From the NCBI GenBank assembly GCA_051294375.1, contig CM119263.1:13780414-13844413 (forward strand): a stretch of DNA of 64,000 nucleotides, in the 5' to 3' direction. Made by a program: the position numbers and the translations under genes. This stretch comes from Paraspadella gotoi (Eukaryota; Animalia; Chaetognatha). The notes below the pieces were generated by a model. It searched no databases, had not been told where the DNA came from, and worked only from the letters and a program-made list of their open reading frames with translations. Shown one piece after another: positions 59,111 to 64,000 of this stretch (positions are counted from its first letter, which is position 1; every line of letters begins with the position of its first letter).

Positions 59111-59159
<49 letters not shown>

Positions 59160-59226
59160 ATGAAAAAAGAAAAGATATGGAAAAAAAAAATAAAAAAAAC
59201 AAAAACAAAATCCGACAATTTCAAGA

Positions 59227-59591
59227 TGTAGCACCGCAGTTAATTATTTGTTTTGTATGCCTTTCCAGATAATCACATGGTTACATAGATAGCAACAAGT
59301 AAAACAAGCATCTTGAGGCGACTTACCACCGGTCCTCTCTCTCTAAACCCTTCCTCTCTCCTCTTTCTTCGAGCCGGTCTATTCCACACGGTCACTTTGC
59401 CCTAGCTTTGGCAATGACCTTAGATTGACCGACACAGTAATAGGGCCGAGGCGATCGTAAGGTCAAGTGGGTCCGGGCGATGATAAAAGTGGATCAGGAG
59501 AGAGCTAGTCTCACTTCTTTCTACTTCTCTTACATCGTCACAATTCTTCACCTTCTCCTCACTTTTATTATTATTATTTTCGTCTTCTACA
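59227..59591 (+). repeat. 5' LTR (365 bp) of a Ty3/Gypsy element
   Basis: Begins TGTAG and ends CTACA (terminal inverted repeat). Followed after 1 nt by PBS TGGTGATCCCGAC (59593-59605), complementary to the tRNA-Trp 3' end with one G:U. The partner LTR lies outside the window, so the 5' boundary is inferred. Confidence 0.7.
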
Positions 59592-62500
59592 TTGGTGATC
59601 CCGACTTAAGATAAGTAACCTTCTGATTTTACTGACGCTGATCGATTGGTTTATGATTTGATTGATCAAGTGATTGATCAATTATTTTATTTATCAATTG
59701 TAAATAGGCGTTGAATTAGTGAAGAAGATTCACTCAGTTTAACGGTCTATTTCGCCATCAGCCAATTTTCGTTTTTTCGACGTATTTTTTCTTCAAAATA
59801 TTTTTAACTTCAAAAATTAAAACGATTTTCGCAATTTCTATTTTTCTCAGTCGCGCGCGTCTTTCCCAACGTCCAACATTTCGCATCGCCTACCCGGATT
59901 ACCACGTCAAAGCTCAAGTTTAATATTTTTTTTTAGGAGTTTTCAACGATTTGTATTTGGTTTAACTTTGAGGTTTTGAGTTACGATACTAACCCTAATC
60001 AATTTTCGTCCATTTTTAGAAATTTTATAAATAGCTCTAAGTTTAATTCAATTTTAATTAAATTTTAACTTACGGTATCGTGAATGACGGTCTCGCCAAC
60101 GCGTTTTTCATTTTACCGCGCCGTTTAAACTGTTTTGTCAGAGAATTTTCTTAGTTTTAATTCTATAAACGTTTAGGCGAAAATTTTTCTTTCGGATTTT
60201 TCCCTTGATTAAAAAGATCGAAAAATTTTTGACTTTTCTGTTCGGCGCAGAATTAGTGAATTTTTTTTTTACAATTAGCAGTCTCTACGATCATGGAACA
60301 TCTGCTCGATATGGAGGCCCTCACGGACGCGGAACCCGCCGCGCCTCCACCTCGCCTTCAGCGGACAACCTCAAGCGACGCCGCATGGAGGACGTCACAC
60401 CCCCACCATCACCGTCGAGGACGCCACCCCGATCTCATCGCCGCCACCATCGCCGGAACAGGACGACGCCTTCAAGACGCCACGCGGTGACCAGACCAAA
60501 GTCAAGAGCGTGATTACGCCCCCCCGATCCAACGTCGGTTCCTTCAGGACCGTACCAGGGTCATCAAACGGGCTGATCCAGACTTTCAACAACAGGATTC
60601 TGGGATTGGAAGCAAAGCAAGAAAGCTTCAATGAGAGCGTGAGGTGCTCAATTGAGTACCTCACATCAAACCTCCAACGCCTGCTAGCAGCTCAGCAGGC
60701 ACCACCGGCGATGCCACACAGGTCCACAGGCGACCTTAGTCAAAGACTATGCCAGTTTTGCAGGTCAACAACACCCGGACAATGTCGACGCGGTAGGAGC
60801 CTCCTCCACCGTACCAATGGACTACCAGACGCCAAGCACCAACCGGTCCAAGACGCCTAAGCTGCCGCCTTTTGATGTCGGCAACATCAGAGCCTGGCTT
60901 GCTGCTGTCGAGGGGAGTTTCCGCCTCGCTGCAGTTACAGACGATCAGCACAAAAAGATGCACCTTCTAGGCGCAGTACCACAGGAGCACCAGGTCCTGA
61001 TCAGAGGTTTTTATACCAATGACCACCCTGTCTGCTGGTGGTTACAAGCTGTGAAAAAGCATCTAACTGAGCTGTTCGCCGAGAAGCCCCGGCAAAAGGC
61101 GCAAAAACTCCTTGGTCACCACTCCCTCGCAGGACGCACTCCTTCGCAGTTCGTGGCCGCACTGCGCGCTGAGGTCGAATCCCTGACGATCGACCATCTC
61201 CTCAACGCGATCCTGGCCGAGGTCCTCCCAGCCCATGTGGCCGGAAGGGTAGTCAGCGATGGGGACGAGACGCCGGAAGCGATCGCCAAGAAGGCGGACG
61301 CATTTTACTCTGGCCCAAGGTGATCTTCAGATCACCTCAAAACCCATTGGAAAAGTCGTCAGTCATGTCGACACCTCCAATCGATGGGGCATCTTTGAGG
61401 ACGACCTTTCTGACTCAGAGTGCGATGAGTATGCGCCCGACTTGGCGGATGAACGAGCATCACCACAGAGGATGTGCCTCCCGCACGTACGCCAAGCGTG
61501 TGTGCCGCGTACTTCCGGACGTGGCCAAACTACGCGCCCAGGACACAGGTCCCGACCTGGCTAACCGAAGACTAGCAACACAACAGCAAGCGCCGTTTCC
61601 CCAACAAAAAGCAACAGCACTACCTCCGCCGTCATTGCACTGTTTATCTGTGCCTTCCTTGTTGCATGCCCGACGCAAGTTGATAATAACTCATTACTCC
61701 ACTTTGCGTATGACATTTGGATAGAGCGTGCAAGCTACACGGTTTGCGACATGCATGTGTGAATCCAGAGCGAATGGAGCAACGCCAGGATGTGCACCAA
61801 GCGGCCGATGTGCAACAGGCTACGACCCGCAGGAGGCAGTAAACCGCCGTCTCGCTGCGAATAGTTAGTCCATGAACAGACAACCTTACTGCACGCTGTA
61901 CCGAGCAACAAAACAACAATTTGGACATGGCTTGTGGACGGTGGTGCAAAGCGTCACCACTTGTATGTGAGCGCCTTCGCCATCAGAAAGCTCCGCGTGG
62001 CTCCGCGCCTCAACTTCATGCTGCAAAACAGGGTCTCCAATCTCTTCCTACGGCACCAAACAAATCACTATCAGAACTAGGAAGACGCACATACTCACTA
62101 ACAACCGTACTCGCTGACCGTTACGACCCTATTCTGGAGCTGATTTCTGAGGAGCAATCAATTTAGCCGCCGACCACAAGCTCGGCCCTACTCGTTGATC
62201 TTGATGATTTTTCAACAATCGCAGGCAAATCTTACCGCGGACAGGCCTTTCAGAGTCAATACAGTCAATAATGCATATTTCAAAATTGATTGACGAACGC
62301 CCAGAACTCCACGCAACTCAGATTTGACCCTTCGAAGACCAAGCACGGTGGTTGAACACCACATTCAAACGAGGGTCCGCCTGTCCACTCCCAAGGCAAC
62401 GCCGACTTGCACCTGACAAACTCAAAGCAGCCAAAAGAAGAATTTGCAAAAATGGAGAAGCTTGGGCATTAATACGGAAAGCAAGAGTGCTTGGGCATCA

Positions 62501-64000
62501 ACCAACTGCATGTGGTCAAAAAAACCTGACGGCTCACTCAGATGTTGCGGTGACTACAGGCGCCTAACGCAGTCCACAAAAGAACAACCGCTACCCCATC
62601 AAAAATTTGATGGATTTCAATGCACATGTCCGCAAGGGCAAAACAATTTTTTTCAAAAGTAGACCTTTGTAAAGGCTCCATCAAGTACCTGTAGCAGAGC
62701 AGGAAATTTTGCAAAAACAGCGTCAATAACTCCTTTTGGCTCGTGGAATTCCCGTCACCCCATTTGGCCTCAAGAATGCAGGTCCTGAATTTTCAAAGGA
62801 TGATGGACGAAGCCCCTCAAAGATGTACCACACATCTTTGTATATCTAGATGACATCCTGGTCGCCTCAAGCAATGAAGAAGAACACATGCAAGATCTCA
62901 CACTACGGTTCTGACACCGCTGCAAGCAATGGTTTAGTAGTGAACAGGGCAAAATGTTACTGGGCGTACCATCACTCGACTTTCTCGTTACCAGGTAGAC
63001 GCCAACAGGCGTCAGGCCATTGGACACAAAAGTCGAACACATAAGCAATTCCCCCAGCCACATCAGTCAAAAGAGGTTCAAAGATACTTGGCATGCTTCA
63101 CTACTACCGGCGTTTCATTCCAACATCGCCGAAGTCCTTACACCATTATACCAAGCTTAAAAGAGCAACCCCGAGTCTTAAATGGACCGAGGAAATGACT
63201 CAAGCCTTCAAACAAGTCGAAAGGCTCTCGCAAAACGCCAAACTATGCTTGTCCACCCTGTGGACGGGCACCTTGCCCTGACGTTGATGCGTCACTGACG
63301 GCCATCGGCGGCGTCCTGGAGCAGAAGATTGGTGGTCAGTTGGCAACCCTTAGGCTTTTTCTCAGCCCGCTAGCTCACGAACCAGAAAAATGGCCACTTT
63401 CGACCGGGAACTCCTTGCCGCACACCGCTCATGTCCGGCACTTCAGGCCCTTCTGGAAGGGCGCTACTATCGTTCTGTTCTCTGATCCAGAACAGCCTAG
63501 TTCCCGCCATACGCAAGAAATCTTGAGCCACACTCATGCGTCAAACATATCAATTATCTTGCCATCTCCGAATACACAACAGACATTCGATACATTGAGG
63601 GCAAGGCCAACGTGGTAGCGGACACACTAATCCAAGAATCATCAGCCCAGCGAGCAGGTGGCCCAGAACCTGAAGGATCACAGGACCTTCAGAAATGCCC
63701 TCTGTTTGGTCGCAACGGTCAACGCAGTTGGCCCCAAAGGCGTCGATTTTGCCGCTTTAAGCCGGTGGACCAGAGTTCCGACGGGAGATCCAGCGACTCC
63801 TGGCGGACGCCCACACCAAGCCTGCATTCAAGATAGTTTCGCCTGAAAGACTTTTGACTTCAATCTGTGATGTCAGTTCAGAGCAGGGCGCGCCCCTTGG
63901 TTTCCCAAACTTGGCGCCGTCGAGTTTATGAATGCCATCCACAACCCCGTAGCTCACCCGAAGCGTCAAGATGCACAAAAAAGCTGGTAACAAAGAGATG
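59227..64000 (+). mobile_element. Ty3/Gypsy LTR retrotransposon, CsRN1-like clade, frameshifted gag-pol, truncated by the window end
   Basis: Gag KLPPFDVGNIRAWLAAVEGSF (60817-61323); protease-like VDGGA at ~61932; RT KKPDGSLRCCGDYRRL and FVYLDDILVAS (~62837); RNase H VDASLTAIGGVLEQ, FDRELLAA and IRYIEGKANVVADTL. The PR-RT-RH order and tRNA-Trp PBS fit the CsRN1 lineage. Confidence 0.92.

Overview
Eukaryotic (animal-like) draft-assembly DNA with short spliceosomal introns, five N gaps and dense (GA/CT)n microsatellites. A gene-rich core at about 9-41 kb holds six genes I could splice by hand: a secreted low-complexity acidic/basic protein (+); a ~660-aa ubiquitin-like/multi-TM/armadillo-like protein (-); a COA4-like twin-CX9C gene (+); UBA1 (18 coding exons, -); and two tandem pentraxin-PAN-sushi paralogues (-), one secreted and one membrane-anchored. 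Mobile DNA comprises a tRNA-Trp-primed miniature LTR element (TRIM) nested in a Penelope remnant, a Mutator-like foldback element with a 9-bp TSD that carries a piece of the neighbouring gene, a small Helentron-associated-like repeat family, and a CsRN1-like Ty3/Gypsy element running off the right end. A ~4.3-kb palindrome at 44.8-49.2 kb is probably a long-read assembly artefact. All gene models and family calls come from manual reading and recalled motifs; no searches were run.
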